From: a virus
Taxonomy: Duplodnaviria; Caudoviricetes
Length of the DNA: 52,968 nt
IMG/VR virus record: IMGVR_UViG_3300030118_000298
Coordinates: 1 to 52,968 of that record
Reading direction: 5' to 3' (one strand)
Shown here: piece after piece, positions 26,648 through 36,636 of the stretch
Layout: the number at the start of each line of letters is the position of its first letter
How positions within the stretch are numbered: position 1 is the stretch's first letter
Notes under the pieces: model-generated
What the model was told of the DNA's origin: nothing
Database searches by the model: none
Seen by the model: only the letters and a program-made list of their open reading frames with translations
Position numbers and translations under genes: made by a program

Positions 26648-27984
26648 TGGCTAATGTAAAAGTATCTAGCTATGTTGCAGCTACTATTATATCCGCTACT
26701 GTATCAGTAGGTAGTGTAAGTGCTTCTTACGATTATAAAACTGAAGCAATTTCTGTAGCTGCTAGAGCTTCTTCTATTAGTTTTACAACAGAGCTTGTGC
26801 CCATGAGGGCGATGGCTCCAGAGTCTCTAAGTATAACTGACGCATCTCCTATTTTTGAAATAGATCAAGTTTCTGGTGATACTGTTACTGTATCTGAATC
26901 TCCTGTTATGGCTGTTGATTTAGTTAAAACTGATTCAGTTACTATGCAGGATGTTCCAAATAAAATTATAAATTCTAGTATAGACTTTGATTTATCTGAT
27001 CCTGATGTTGACCCAGACCCTATAAATATAACTGATGCACCTGCACTAACTGTGACAACAAGTAGAGCAGACTCTATAACAATAAGTGATTCACCATCTA
27101 AACAACCAAACAAATTTCCTACAGATAGTGTAACAATGGCTCAATCTTTTGGGCCATTTAACATTGGTAAGAACCCATCTGATTCTATAACTGTTTCCGA
27201 AAGTGATGTAAAAACTTTAACTACAACTAGAACAGACTCAGCATCTATAACAGATTCTCCTGCAAAAACTATGACACCAGCAGGTAAAACTGATTCTATA
27301 TCAGTGGCTGATGTGCCAGTTAAAAACATTACACCAGCAGGTAAAACTGATAGCGTTACAATGGCAGATAGTTTTGGGCCGTTTACTATAGGTGTAAACC
27401 CTACAGATACTGTAAATGCTACAGAAAGTATTGCTACGCAACTAATATTAGGTGAGTCTACTTATCTTTACCCAACTAGATTTTCTGTGTTTGATGGTGC
27501 AGAAACAGGTCAAGTTAAAGGATTTCATATAGGCAACAGTGATGTAGCATCTCGTGTCGCTGATACAAACTATTTAATGAATGGTGAGTTTAATGGGATG
27601 TTTAACAACCACTATTTAGGTGGTGAAAATAGAGATGGTATAAGATTTAATAACAGAGTATTTGAGCAGGACAGATTTAGAAGTAGAGTTACTGATTATT
27701 CTGCACAGATAGCAAATGGTGATAGTTTACTAAATAGCACAGTAATATGGGATTCTGCTACTGATGGCGCAGGAGTTAAAGAGTTTACAGGTGTTATTGG
27801 ATCGTCAGGTTTAATTGGACAACCTATTGTAAACTCTGATACAATAACTTACGGTGAATTAGTAAATGCTGGACTATTAGTTAATTTTATATATACTGAT
27901 ACTAGTGATTCACCAACAACAGGTTCTCATGCGGTGAACGGGCATTTCTTAAATGAAACACCAATGGGAGCTGGATCACATTAA
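26647..27984 (+). CDS. Repeat-containing tail/fibre-associated protein
   Basis: About 19-aa DS[IV]T[IVM]xD repeats; Ser/Thr/Asp rich. Confidence 0.55.
   Translation: MANVKVSSYVAATIISATVSVGSVSASYDYKTEAISVAARASSISFTTELVPMRAMAPESLSITDASPIFEIDQVSGDTVTVSESPVMAVDLVKTDSVTMQDVPNKIINSSIDFDLSDPDVDPDPINITDAPALTVTTSRADSITISDSPSKQPNKFPTDSVTMAQSFGPFNIGKNPSDSITVSESDVKTLTTTRTDSASITDSPAKTMTPAGKTDSISVADVPVKNITPAGKTDSVTMADSFGPFTIGVNPTDTVNATESIATQLILGESTYLYPTRFSVFDGAETGQVKGFHIGNSDVASRVADTNYLMNGEFNGMFNNHYLGGENRDGIRFNNRVFEQDRFRSRVTDYSAQIANGDSLLNSTVIWDSATDGAGVKEFTGVIGSSGLIGQPIVNSDTITYGELVNAGLLVNFIYTDTSDSPTTGSHAVNGHFLNETPMGAGSH
27274..27351 (+). repeat. 21-bp direct repeat with 57-bp period (TPAGKTD)
   Basis: ACACCAGCAGGTAAAACTGAT at 27274 and 27331. 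Confidence 0.85.
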
Positions 27985-27998
27985 AAGGAGATGGATAC

Positions 27999-28439
27999 AT
28001 GATAAATGATTCTATAAAGGTTACGGGTGAATTAAAACTTACCCTTACACGACCTGACGGACATGTAAAACATGAGGTAATTATACCCAATCTTGTTGTT
28101 ACAACAGGTAAAAATTACATAGCGTCACGGATGAAAGATGCAAGCGCTACGGCTATGAGCCACATGGCTATCGGAACTGGTAGTACAGCAGCGGCTGCAG
28201 GGGATACAGCTTTAGGTAGTGAAGCAGGTAGAGTAGCTCTTACTTCTACAACTGTTTCTACTAGTAATGTAGCTTATGTTGCTACGTTCCCAGCGGGGAC
28301 AGGCACAGGAGCAATTACAGAAGCTGGAATATTAAACGCAAGTTCAAGCGGTACACTATTATGCAGGACTGTTTTCAACGTTATTAACAAAGCAGCAGCT
28401 GATACACTAGGTATTACTTGGACAGTAACAGTAAGCTAA
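27999..28439 (+). CDS. Tail collar/fibre-anchor-like protein
   Basis: NLVVTTG, MAIGTG, ITEAGI, LLCRTVF. Confidence 0.6.
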   Translation: MINDSIKVTGELKLTLTRPDGHVKHEVIIPNLVVTTGKNYIASRMKDASATAMSHMAIGTGSTAAAAGDTALGSEAGRVALTSTTVSTSNVAYVATFPAGTGTGAITEAGILNASSSGTLLCRTVFNVINKAAADTLGITWTVTVS

Positions 28440-28449
28440 GGAGTTAGAT

Positions 28450-29316
28450 ATGAGTGTCAAGTTTGCAAATAATGCCCATTCAACCTTAGCCTCTAGTATT
28501 TCTACTAGTGCAACTAGCATTACTGTTGCTAGTGGTCAAGGCGCTCGTTTTCCATCCCTTTCGAGTGGCGAATATTTTTACGCAACCTTGATTGATACAT
28601 CTAACAACCTTGAAATTGTAAAAGTTACGGCTAGAAGTACAGATGTTCTTACTGCTACTAGAGCACAAGAAAGTACAACAGCTAGAGCTTTTTCTAGTGG
28701 TGATCGAATAGAACTTCGTGTTACAGCACAAGGTCTTATAGACGCTACTACTATTCAAGCTGATCAAATTGTAAATTCTATGATTGCTACTGATGCTGTT
28801 AACTCAGACTCTATTCTAGCTAATGCAATTACAGCTTCCGAGTTAAATATTACTGGTAATGGTACAGCAGGTCAGGTTTTAGTGACAGACGGCGATGGGT
28901 CATTTAGTTATGGTACAGGCGGCGGATTAATTAGAACTGAACAAACACATAAAACAAATGTGCATCAACGAACAAGCAGTAGTTTTGGTGACATTCCTGA
29001 TTTAACTTTATCATTTGCCCCAGCGAGTGCATCTAACAAAGTATTATTGATGCTTTCAGGTATGGCTGAAATGTCATCAGGTAATGATGGTTATTACACA
29101 TTTGCTAGAGATGGAACCAATTTAGGAAATAGTAATGGCTTTAGTAATAAACAGGGTGAAAGTATTAGACATACATTGCATTTCTCTTTTCTTGACCAGC
29201 CAAACACAACTAGCACTGTATCATATACAGTACAACATAGAGTTAATGGAGGAACATCCTCTTTTAATAATGGTACTGTTAAGGCAAATTTTATAGCGTT
29301 GGAGGTAGCAGTATAA
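28450..29316 (+). CDS. Tail fibre/receptor-binding protein 1
   Basis: N-terminal ~93-aa anchor shared with 29622..31214; GQVLVTDGDGSFSY; beta-rich C-domain. Confidence 0.65.
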   Translation: MSVKFANNAHSTLASSISTSATSITVASGQGARFPSLSSGEYFYATLIDTSNNLEIVKVTARSTDVLTATRAQESTTARAFSSGDRIELRVTAQGLIDATTIQADQIVNSMIATDAVNSDSILANAITASELNITGNGTAGQVLVTDGDGSFSYGTGGGLIRTEQTHKTNVHQRTSSSFGDIPDLTLSFAPASASNKVLLMLSGMAEMSSGNDGYYTFARDGTNLGNSNGFSNKQGESIRHTLHFSFLDQPNTTSTVSYTVQHRVNGGTSSFNNGTVKANFIALEVAV

Positions 29317-29612
29317 TGGCAAAACACGATGGTAAAAATCTTAAAACAAATATTCTTGCAGCTATTACGGCAATAGACCCTACAAGAGAATGCAGTCAAA
29401 CGGTAGCGGAAGATGGCACTGAAAAATTTTCAGATGTTGTTTTTGAAAATGGTAACCCAAACAAGATAACAAGCGCACAAGTAGAAGATAAAAGAAAAGA
29501 ATTGATTGCAGCAGAGGATAAAAAGAAATCGGATAAAGTATCTGCATATCGAAAGATGGGTATGACGGATGATGAAATTAATGCTCTTGACCCAACACTA
29601 CTTCAAGAATAG
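29316..29612 (+). CDS. Fibre-associated small protein/chaperone
   Basis: Coupled to RBP1; C-terminal YRKMGMTDDEI. Confidence 0.5.
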   Translation: MAKHDGKNLKTNILAAITAIDPTRECSQTVAEDGTEKFSDVVFENGNPNKITSAQVEDKRKELIAAEDKKKSDKVSAYRKMGMTDDEINALDPTLLQE

Positions 29613-29621
29613 GAGTCTAGC

Positions 29622-31214
29622 ATGGGAGTTAAAGTAACAAATAACGGGTTCGGAACTCTTTCAGCAGGAATTAATAGTACTGCTACTACAGTTACTGTTG
29701 ACTCCGGACAAGGTGCTCGATTTCCAACTTTAGGTAGTGGTGATTTTTTCTTTGCTACTCTTATTGATACATCCAACAACCTTGAAATTATAAAAGTTAC
29801 AGCTCGTTCTACTGATTCTATGACAGTTCTACGAGCACAAGATAATACTACAGCTCGTTCTTTTTCTATTGGTGATAGAATAGAACTTAGACCTACCGCT
29901 GCATTATTTGAGAATGCACACTTAGACAATACTCCTACATCCACGGGGTCTTTTGGTCTACCAAAAGGCACTACAGCACAACGACCTACAGCAAGTGCTA
30001 CCGAAGGGCATATTAGGTATAACACAGATAATAATCTTGTTTATTACTCTGATGGTACAAGCTGGTTAAAAATTTCAGCTACACCAGTGGTACTTAGTAG
30101 CGTCTCAGGAGATATAATTAATGGTATTGCAACTAATTTAACACTAGCAGGAACAGGTTTTTTATCGACAGGTTTAGTTGTATCTTTTACTCCTAGTGGA
30201 GGCTCTGCTTCAACTGTAACAGTTACGCCTACTTCTGATACGGCTGCTACTGTAGCAGTCCCATCAGCTATTTATGGGCAGTCGGCAAGTACAGTTATTT
30301 CTATTTTTGTTACTAATAATGATAGTATGGTATCTACTAGCACTAATAAAACTGTAGTAGCAGCACCATCAGGAGGAACAGTAACCACCTCTGGAGGCGA
30401 GAGAATACATGTATTTAATACGTCTGGCACATTTGTTAACACTGTAGCTTTAACTAATGTTGCGTATTTAATTGTTGCTGGTGGCGGTGGCGGAGGTGTT
30501 GCAAACGGCGGCGGTGGCGGCGGAGGAGCTGGAGGATATAGAAACTCTTTTGGTTCTGAAACTTCTGGCCGTAACTCATCTACTGAGTCTAAAGTGTCAT
30601 CATTAGCTGCAGGCAGTTACACAATAACAGTTGGCGGCGGAGGCGCTGGTAACGTACATGGCGGTGGTAGTGGTAGTGTAGGGGTTCAAGGTTCTAACTC
30701 TAGTTTTAATTCTATTGTTTCCATCGGCGGTGGGTTCGGTGCTGGTGATGATAGTAGAGTTGGCGGAGGCGGCGGCTCTGGTGGCGGTAATGCTCGTACT
30801 ACTCAAAGCAGCGTTGGTGCTGGAACAAGTGGGCAAGGATTTGACGGCGGAAATGCTGGCTCAAACGCTGGTGGCGGAGGCGGTGGAGCTGGAGCAGCAG
30901 GAACAAATGGAACAGGAGGTACAATTGGGGGTAATGGTGGCAACGGTTTATCATCATCAATAACAGGTTCAGCAGTCACACGAGCAGGAGGCGGCGGTGG
31001 CGGTGCAGAAAGTCCAAATAACAACAACGGTGGTGTAGGTGGTACTGGCGGAGGCGGTAAAGGCGGTCAAGCAGGTTCTGTAGGATCAACACCAACAACA
31101 GGCGACCCAAATTCGGGTGGCGGCGGTGGAGCATCAGGTGACTATAATACTGGTGGAAGCCATAATGGCCAAAATGGTGGGTCTGGAGTTGTTATAATAA
31201 GGTACGCACTATAG
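29622..31214 (+). CDS. Tail fibre/receptor-binding protein 2 (glycine-rich)
   Basis: Shared anchor; LPKGTTAQRP..IRYNT; YLIVAGGGGG...GGSGVVIIRY glycine-rich domain. Confidence 0.75.
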   Translation: MGVKVTNNGFGTLSAGINSTATTVTVDSGQGARFPTLGSGDFFFATLIDTSNNLEIIKVTARSTDSMTVLRAQDNTTARSFSIGDRIELRPTAALFENAHLDNTPTSTGSFGLPKGTTAQRPTASATEGHIRYNTDNNLVYYSDGTSWLKISATPVVLSSVSGDIINGIATNLTLAGTGFLSTGLVVSFTPSGGSASTVTVTPTSDTAATVAVPSAIYGQSASTVISIFVTNNDSMVSTSTNKTVVAAPSGGTVTTSGGERIHVFNTSGTFVNTVALTNVAYLIVAGGGGGGVANGGGGGGGAGGYRNSFGSETSGRNSSTESKVSSLAAGSYTITVGGGGAGNVHGGGSGSVGVQGSNSSFNSIVSIGGGFGAGDDSRVGGGGGSGGGNARTTQSSVGAGTSGQGFDGGNAGSNAGGGGGGAGAAGTNGTGGTIGGNGGNGLSSSITGSAVTRAGGGGGGAESPNNNNGGVGGTGGGGKGGQAGSVGSTPTTGDPNSGGGGGASGDYNTGGSHNGQNGGSGVVIIRYAL

Positions 31215-31223
31215 GGGGATATT

Positions 31224-31568
31224 ATGGCTCATTATGCAAAAGTATTAGATGGAAAAGTATTAAAAGTCATAGTGGCTGAAAAAGAATTTTTTGATAATTT
31301 TATTGATGATTCCCCCGGGCAATGGGTACAAACATCCTATAATACTCGAGGTGGCAAACATCTAAAAGGTGGTACACCACTAAGGAAAAATTATGCAGGA
31401 ACGAATCATAATTATGATGGAGTAGGGTTTTATGAACCACAACCTTACCCTTCATGGACTTTAAATAAAGATACATATTTTTGGGAACCACCATCTCCTC
31501 ACCCAAATGACGGGAAAAAATATACTTGGGATGAATCAGCAGGAGGGTGGCAAGAAGTTGATGAGTAA
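31224..31568 (+). CDS. Fibre-associated protein
   Basis: MAHYAKV, WVQTSYNT, RKNYAG, PQPYPSWTL; follows the Gly-rich fibre. Confidence 0.6.
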   Translation: MAHYAKVLDGKVLKVIVAEKEFFDNFIDDSPGQWVQTSYNTRGGKHLKGGTPLRKNYAGTNHNYDGVGFYEPQPYPSWTLNKDTYFWEPPSPHPNDGKKYTWDESAGGWQEVDE

Positions 31569-31728
31569 AGAAATAAGAAGAACACCTCTTGTTATGATGC
31601 CTGATGGTAGGTTTTTACGGGGTGACGAGTTTGTAGCAGAAGGAGTGGTCGTTGACGAACCACCTCTCTACGAAAAACCGCCAGTGGTTGAAGACCAAAC
31701 AGCTGCGGTGAAAGGTGAAAATGAGTAA
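31561..31728 (+). CDS. Small hypothetical protein
   Basis: MSKEIRRTP start overlapping the previous gene end. Confidence 0.45.
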   Translation: MSKEIRRTPLVMMPDGRFLRGDEFVAEGVVVDEPPLYEKPPVVEDQTAAVKGENE

Positions 31729-31903
31729 GAAACGTATGACGACAGCAGAAATTAATACTGAGTTACTACAGCATGAAGCTGTATGTGCTGAAAGGTATGA
31801 AATGATTCTGTTTAGAATTAACAGATTAGAGCGTGTGTTACTAGGATCAGCAGGTGCTATCATAGTAATTTTACTTTCTATAATTGTAACATTAACAACA
31901 TAA
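31721..31903 (+). CDS. Small single-TM protein
   Basis: HEAVCAERY..RINRLE plus C-terminal TM. Confidence 0.6.
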   Translation: MSKKRMTTAEINTELLQHEAVCAERYEMILFRINRLERVLLGSAGAIIVILLSIIVTLTT

Positions 31904-31915
31904 GGAGGTGATCAA

Positions 31916-32128
31916 ATGCCGGGCAATATGACTTACAAAATGAAGAAAAAGAAAAAAGATATGTATGGCTATGGTGGCGAAGTGGGCATGAAGAAGAAAA
32001 AGAAAATCATGTATAAGACTGGTGAAGAAGTACCAGAACTTACTAAAGCCCAAATGTCATTACCAAAAAATCTAAGGGATCAGATTATCCGATCAAAGAA
32101 AAAGAATATGGATAAGAAGAAAGGTTAG
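31916..32128 (+). CDS. Lys/Met-rich small protein with YxxGGxV motif
   Basis: Perfect SD TAAGGAGGTGA; MYGYGGEV. Confidence 0.65.
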   Translation: MPGNMTYKMKKKKKDMYGYGGEVGMKKKKKIMYKTGEEVPELTKAQMSLPKNLRDQIIRSKKKNMDKKKG

Positions 32129-32137
32129 GTATGTCCT

Positions 32138-32608
32138 GTGTTAGAATATGTAGCAGCAGCAAACGCGGCATACGCCGTAATCCGCAAAGCAGTCGAAAAT
32201 GGTCGCGAACTAACTTCTGTTGGTAAACAGATTGCGGCTTTTACACATGCTACAGATGATCTATCCAAACATGCACATAAGAAAAAGAACAGTATATGGT
32301 CAAACTTTACTGGTAAAGATGAAAGTGATTTAGAAGAATTTATGGCTCTGGAGGAGCTAAAACAAAAAGAAAATGAGTTAAAACAAATGATGATATATCT
32401 AGGCAGACCCGGTTTACATAGTGATTATGTAAGGTTTTGCGTAGAAGCTAGAAAGAAAAGACAGGAGGCAGCAAAAGAAAAAGAAAGAAGATGGGCTGCA
32501 TTTATAGAAGGTCTTCAAACATGGTTCTTAGTAAGCTTGTTCATTTTGATAGGATTAGGAATTTTAGTAGGTGGTGTTTGGATGCTAAGGTATAAAGGAA
32601 TTATTTGA
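32138..32608 (+). CDS. Membrane-anchored coiled-coil protein
   Basis: GTG start; C-terminal TM. Confidence 0.6.
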   Translation: MLEYVAAANAAYAVIRKAVENGRELTSVGKQIAAFTHATDDLSKHAHKKKNSIWSNFTGKDESDLEEFMALEELKQKENELKQMMIYLGRPGLHSDYVRFCVEARKKRQEAAKEKERRWAAFIEGLQTWFLVSLFILIGLGILVGGVWMLRYKGII

Positions 32609-32931
32609 TGCCAAAGAAACTACAAAAACAATCTATATATGCTGAGTATGACCAAGACGGCGATGGTATCATTACTGATAAAGAACTTGGTAGTATTAAA
32701 CAAATAAAACAAACAGAAGATGCTTCACGAAAAAACCTAGCTCAACTTCGGATGGCTAGGTTTTCTTTAATTGCAATGGGTATATTTACTGTTGCTATGT
32801 TTTTTATTCCAATAGAAAGAGTAAATGCTTTAGCTGATATTAGTAATTTGTTTTATATTACAGGTGGTGGTATAGTTGCAACATATATGGGGACTACTGC
32901 TTGGACACAACGTAGTGCGAATGGAAAATGA
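32608..32931 (+). CDS. EF-hand-loop, two-TM membrane protein (holin-like)
   Basis: DQDGDGIITDKE loop; two TMs; lysis-region context. Confidence 0.6.
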   Translation: MPKKLQKQSIYAEYDQDGDGIITDKELGSIKQIKQTEDASRKNLAQLRMARFSLIAMGIFTVAMFFIPIERVNALADISNLFYITGGGIVATYMGTTAWTQRSANGK

Positions 32932-33128
32932 TAACAGTGTTTGCTTTATACATATATACCGGAACTGCTTTACAACCACCAATAACATATTGGTATGATG
33001 TAAATAGATGTAGGTATTTTGCTAGTAAGATTATGAATCAACCACCTGTACCGGGTGAGAAGAAACAAAAGATTACAGCTGTATGTAAACTGCAAAAAGT
33101 AAGAAATGGTACTGAAATATACCATTGA
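32928..33128 (+). CDS. Small hypothetical protein
   Basis: ATGA overlap; two Cys. Confidence 0.5.
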   Translation: MITVFALYIYTGTALQPPITYWYDVNRCRYFASKIMNQPPVPGEKKQKITAVCKLQKVRNGTEIYH

Positions 33129-33139
33129 AAGGAGAGTAT

Positions 33140-33535
33140 ATGCTACAAGCATTAATAGGGCCAGTAACTGGGTTACTTGATAAGTTCATAGAGGACAAAG
33201 ATCAAAAAGCAAAGTTGGCTCACGAAATAGCTACCATGTCTGAAAAACATGCACAAGCTATTGCATTGGCTCAAATCGAAGTAAATAAAGCTGAGGCAGC
33301 AAGTGGGTCAATATTCAAGGGCGGCTGGCGTCCAGCTGTTGGGTGGGTCTGCGCGATTGCTTTTGCCTATCATTTTATCGTAAAAGATTTAGTTGTATTT
33401 GTATGTGCAGCATCTGGTGTAGAGCTACCAGATTTGCCGGAATTTGATATGGGTACACTTTTAACCGTTCTCGGCGGCATGCTCGGAATCGGATCACTCA
33501 GAACATATGAAAAGCAGAAAGGATTAACTAAGTAA
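33140..33535 (+). CDS. Holin (3TM/GTA-type)
   Basis: QIEVNKAEA, GWRPAVGWVC, GMLGIGSLRTYEK; AAAGGAG RBS. Confidence 0.8.
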   Translation: MLQALIGPVTGLLDKFIEDKDQKAKLAHEIATMSEKHAQAIALAQIEVNKAEAASGSIFKGGWRPAVGWVCAIAFAYHFIVKDLVVFVCAASGVELPDLPEFDMGTLLTVLGGMLGIGSLRTYEKQKGLTK

Positions 33536-33539
33536 CTAT

Positions 33540-33719
33540 ATGAAAAATAATAAGTGGCTAGTTCCTTTTTTAGGTACTGTTTTACTAGGTTTATCGACAT
33601 GGGTCTTAGTCACTGTAGTAGAGTTGCAAGCACTGGTGAGTATGATGCAAAACGAATTATTAAATCTTGATAAAGTTATAGGTAGGATTTATGCACACAT
33701 GGATAGGTTAGCTAAATGA
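33540..33719 (+). CDS. 59-aa TM plus coiled-coil protein
   Basis: Hand translated MKNNKWLVPFLGTVLLGLSTWVLVTVVEL...; ATGA overlap with the endolysin. Confidence 0.55.
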   Translation: MKNNKWLVPFLGTVLLGLSTWVLVTVVELQALVSMMQNELLNLDKVIGRIYAHMDRLAK

Positions 33720-34231
33720 GAGAAAATTTTGATAAATCATTACAACTAATGTTGAAACACGAAGGAGGTTTCGTAAATCACGAACGTGATCCGGGGGGTA
33801 TGACAAACCTTGGAGTTACTAAAAAAGTTTATGAAGATTGGTTAGGATACGAAGTTAACAAACAAGATATGATGAAGCTTACACCAGAAGATGTTGCTCC
33901 AATATATCTTAATAACTACTGGATAAAAGCAGGATGCGATGAATTACCTTCCGGTTTGGACTATGTTACGTTTGATTGGGCTGTTAATAGTGGAGTTAGT
34001 AGAAGTTCTAAAGGTATACAAAAATGTTGTGGCGCTGAGCCGGACGGTGTGATAGGGCCAAAGACACTGAAACTTGTTGCAGGACAAGATACAAAATTTA
34101 TGATAGAAAAGTTTAAAGAAATAAGGCAAACTTTCTATGAGGGTCTAAATCACTTTGACACATTTGGCAAAGGTTGGACTAGAAGGAATGACGAAGCAAC
34201 AGAAGTTGCATTAAAAATGGTTGAGGAATAA
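33716..34231 (+). CDS. Endolysin, GH108 lysozyme with PG-binding domain
   Basis: HEGGFVNHERDPGGMTNLGVT, FDWAVNSG, DGVIGPKT, FGKGWTRR. Confidence 0.9.
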   Translation: MRENFDKSLQLMLKHEGGFVNHERDPGGMTNLGVTKKVYEDWLGYEVNKQDMMKLTPEDVAPIYLNNYWIKAGCDELPSGLDYVTFDWAVNSGVSRSSKGIQKCCGAEPDGVIGPKTLKLVAGQDTKFMIEKFKEIRQTFYEGLNHFDTFGKGWTRRNDEATEVALKMVEE

Positions 34232-36636
34232 TGGGATCAGTAAAGCTAACAAAGTTTTTAGGCGAAGCTCCAAAAGTATCTTCAGAGTTACTTCCTGATG
34301 GAGCTGCCCAAAATGCTTTCAATGTTAAACTGTATTCTGGTGATCTTATACCTTATAGGACTCCGAAGCTTGTTGAGAATGTCGGGCGAACGGGCACAAT
34401 TCAAACACTATATAAGCTTACTAATCCTACTAACGGTAACAATGTATTCCTTACATACCTCAATGATGTAGATATTGCTACTGCGTCTGCACCTTGGACA
34501 ACTACCTCTAACACAGAAGATACTGAACAAAGATTTTACTATACAGGTGATGGTACACCTAAAGTATCTAATTATGATTTAGCTACTGACGGAAGCGCAC
34601 CATATCCGGTAACTAATGGTTATTATGATCTTGGCTTGCCACTACCTGAAACAACTCCAACAGCTACTGCTGTAACATTTAATGTTGTAAGCTCGACACA
34701 CTATGAAAGAGATAGTGGTAATACTGCAACATTTTACGGGGGATCATCTCACAACTTACGCTCAGGTAATGTTGTGTCAGTTAGAGATTTTGGTACGTCA
34801 GACGAAGCTAAAGGTTTTAATGCTACTAACGTAGAGGTTACAGTTATAAATGCTACCGACTTTACATACTTTAGCCCCGGTGATCAGGTATCTAAAACTG
34901 CAAACACAACAGGTCGTTCTGAACTTGCAGGTAATACACAGATTAGAACATATGTTTATACATGGGTTACACCTTGGGATGAAGAAGCTATACCATCTCT
35001 ACCATCAAACGAGGTATATATAAAAGAAGGTCAAACTGTAAATGTAACTAACTTACCTACTGCAAAACCTTCTGTGCCTGCACAAAATTTTATACGGGGT
35101 ATACGGCTATACCGAACTGTTGTTTCTTCAGCAGCAACAGAATATTTTTTATTGTCTACTTTATGGTTTCCAACAACTACTACCAAAGTAAAACGAGCTG
35201 GTAGTGTAGTTACACTAACTTTAGCAGAGCCACATAATTTTATTGTAGATGATAGATTTAAGTTGTCTGGTATGACTACAGATAGTGGCAGTATGAATGG
35301 TGAGTTTTCCGTAGCTTCTATTGTTGATAAATATTCATTTACGTTTTCTGATAGCGGTAATGCTATATCTGAAACTGCCGATACCAACGGTACTGTGTTC
35401 CATGATGTTTCTGAAAATTTAGATTTATCTCCACGTTATTGGGGTGATGGAGGTAGTTTTACTTTTGTAGATGATTTTCTTATATCCGGTTTATCTAGGA
35501 TATTAGATTCTGAAGATAATGACCCACCACCTTCCGGTATGAAAGGGATTCGTGCAGCACACAATAATATTCTCGTTGGGTTTTTTGATAATCAGTTATG
35601 TTTTTCTTTTCCTGATAAACCTCATGCTTGGCCTGAACGTTTTAGATTAACGTTTGATTCTGACATTGTATCTGTAGAACCTATACAAGGTTTTATTCTT
35701 GTACTTACAAAAGAGTATCCATATCAAGTCTCAGGTAACGACCCTGCTACTATGGTGTCTGCTCGTATTGATACATTATATCCATGCCTTGCTAAAAAAT
35801 CTGTTGTTAATATGGGTTATGCAGTTGTGTGGGCTACGCATGGTGGTCTTGCTAGTTATGCACCCTCACAAGGTATAGACCTTGTTACTAAACTTATTCA
35901 CGATTGGGATACTTGGAATGAAGAACTCAACCCTGCTACTCTTATTGGCCACTATTACAACGGCAAGTATTTTGGTTCTCACTCTAGTGAATCATTTATC
36001 TTTGAACGAGATGATAAAGTAGGCGGATTTTTTGTAAGTATAAACTATACATTTACTGCTGCCTGTACTGATTATGAAACAGGAATTATGTATTACATTG
36101 GTGATAACCAAGGTAATCTTTTTGAGTGGGATAATAAACAACAAGTTCTTTCTCCACTAGAATGGAAGTCAAAAACTATTGTAACTAAAGATTTTATGAA
36201 TCTTGGTGCTGCTAGAGTTATTGCAGATTTTGAAACACCTAATGCTGAGGCTGAGAATATACAAGCTTTTAACAATACATTACCTGCTTTTAATAATGGT
36301 GTATGGTCTAAAAGTATACAGCTAGGTACATTAAATGGGCCTACAGACTATACAGATGCAGGTACAGCTGTAAATAATATTGGTACTTTAAACGCTTACC
36401 CTATAAATGCTGATGGGCAAACTAGATTTCCACTAGACTTGACAGGTGTGCTGCCAGTAACTTTTAAATTGTTCGTTGACAAACAATTGATATTTCAAGG
36501 AACAGTAAGTTCTGACGAAGTATTTAGATTGCCAAGCGGGTACAGAAGTGATACATTTGAAGTGGGGGTATCTGGTTCGTCAAGAATACGGGCGATACAT
36601 ATAGGTGAGACCCCATATGGATTGAGGACAGCATGA
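34231..36636 (+). CDS. Tail nozzle / tubular protein B-like
   Basis: 801 aa, beta-rich; LCFS..PHAWP, WKSK; precedes the ejection genes. Confidence 0.65.
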   Translation: MGSVKLTKFLGEAPKVSSELLPDGAAQNAFNVKLYSGDLIPYRTPKLVENVGRTGTIQTLYKLTNPTNGNNVFLTYLNDVDIATASAPWTTTSNTEDTEQRFYYTGDGTPKVSNYDLATDGSAPYPVTNGYYDLGLPLPETTPTATAVTFNVVSSTHYERDSGNTATFYGGSSHNLRSGNVVSVRDFGTSDEAKGFNATNVEVTVINATDFTYFSPGDQVSKTANTTGRSELAGNTQIRTYVYTWVTPWDEEAIPSLPSNEVYIKEGQTVNVTNLPTAKPSVPAQNFIRGIRLYRTVVSSAATEYFLLSTLWFPTTTTKVKRAGSVVTLTLAEPHNFIVDDRFKLSGMTTDSGSMNGEFSVASIVDKYSFTFSDSGNAISETADTNGTVFHDVSENLDLSPRYWGDGGSFTFVDDFLISGLSRILDSEDNDPPPSGMKGIRAAHNNILVGFFDNQLCFSFPDKPHAWPERFRLTFDSDIVSVEPIQGFILVLTKEYPYQVSGNDPATMVSARIDTLYPCLAKKSVVNMGYAVVWATHGGLASYAPSQGIDLVTKLIHDWDTWNEELNPATLIGHYYNGKYFGSHSSESFIFERDDKVGGFFVSINYTFTAACTDYETGIMYYIGDNQGNLFEWDNKQQVLSPLEWKSKTIVTKDFMNLGAARVIADFETPNAEAENIQAFNNTLPAFNNGVWSKSIQLGTLNGPTDYTDAGTAVNNIGTLNAYPINADGQTRFPLDLTGVLPVTFKLFVDKQLIFQGTVSSDEVFRLPSGYRSDTFEVGVSGSSRIRAIHIGETPYGLRTA

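Noticed and set aside
28450-29900. Diversity-generating retroelement TR/VR pair
   Set aside because: No reverse transcriptase; similarity is N-terminal and differences are not adenine-specific
30470-31200. GGC/GGT-rich DNA as a separate repeat element
   Set aside because: Explained by glycine codons of the fibre protein
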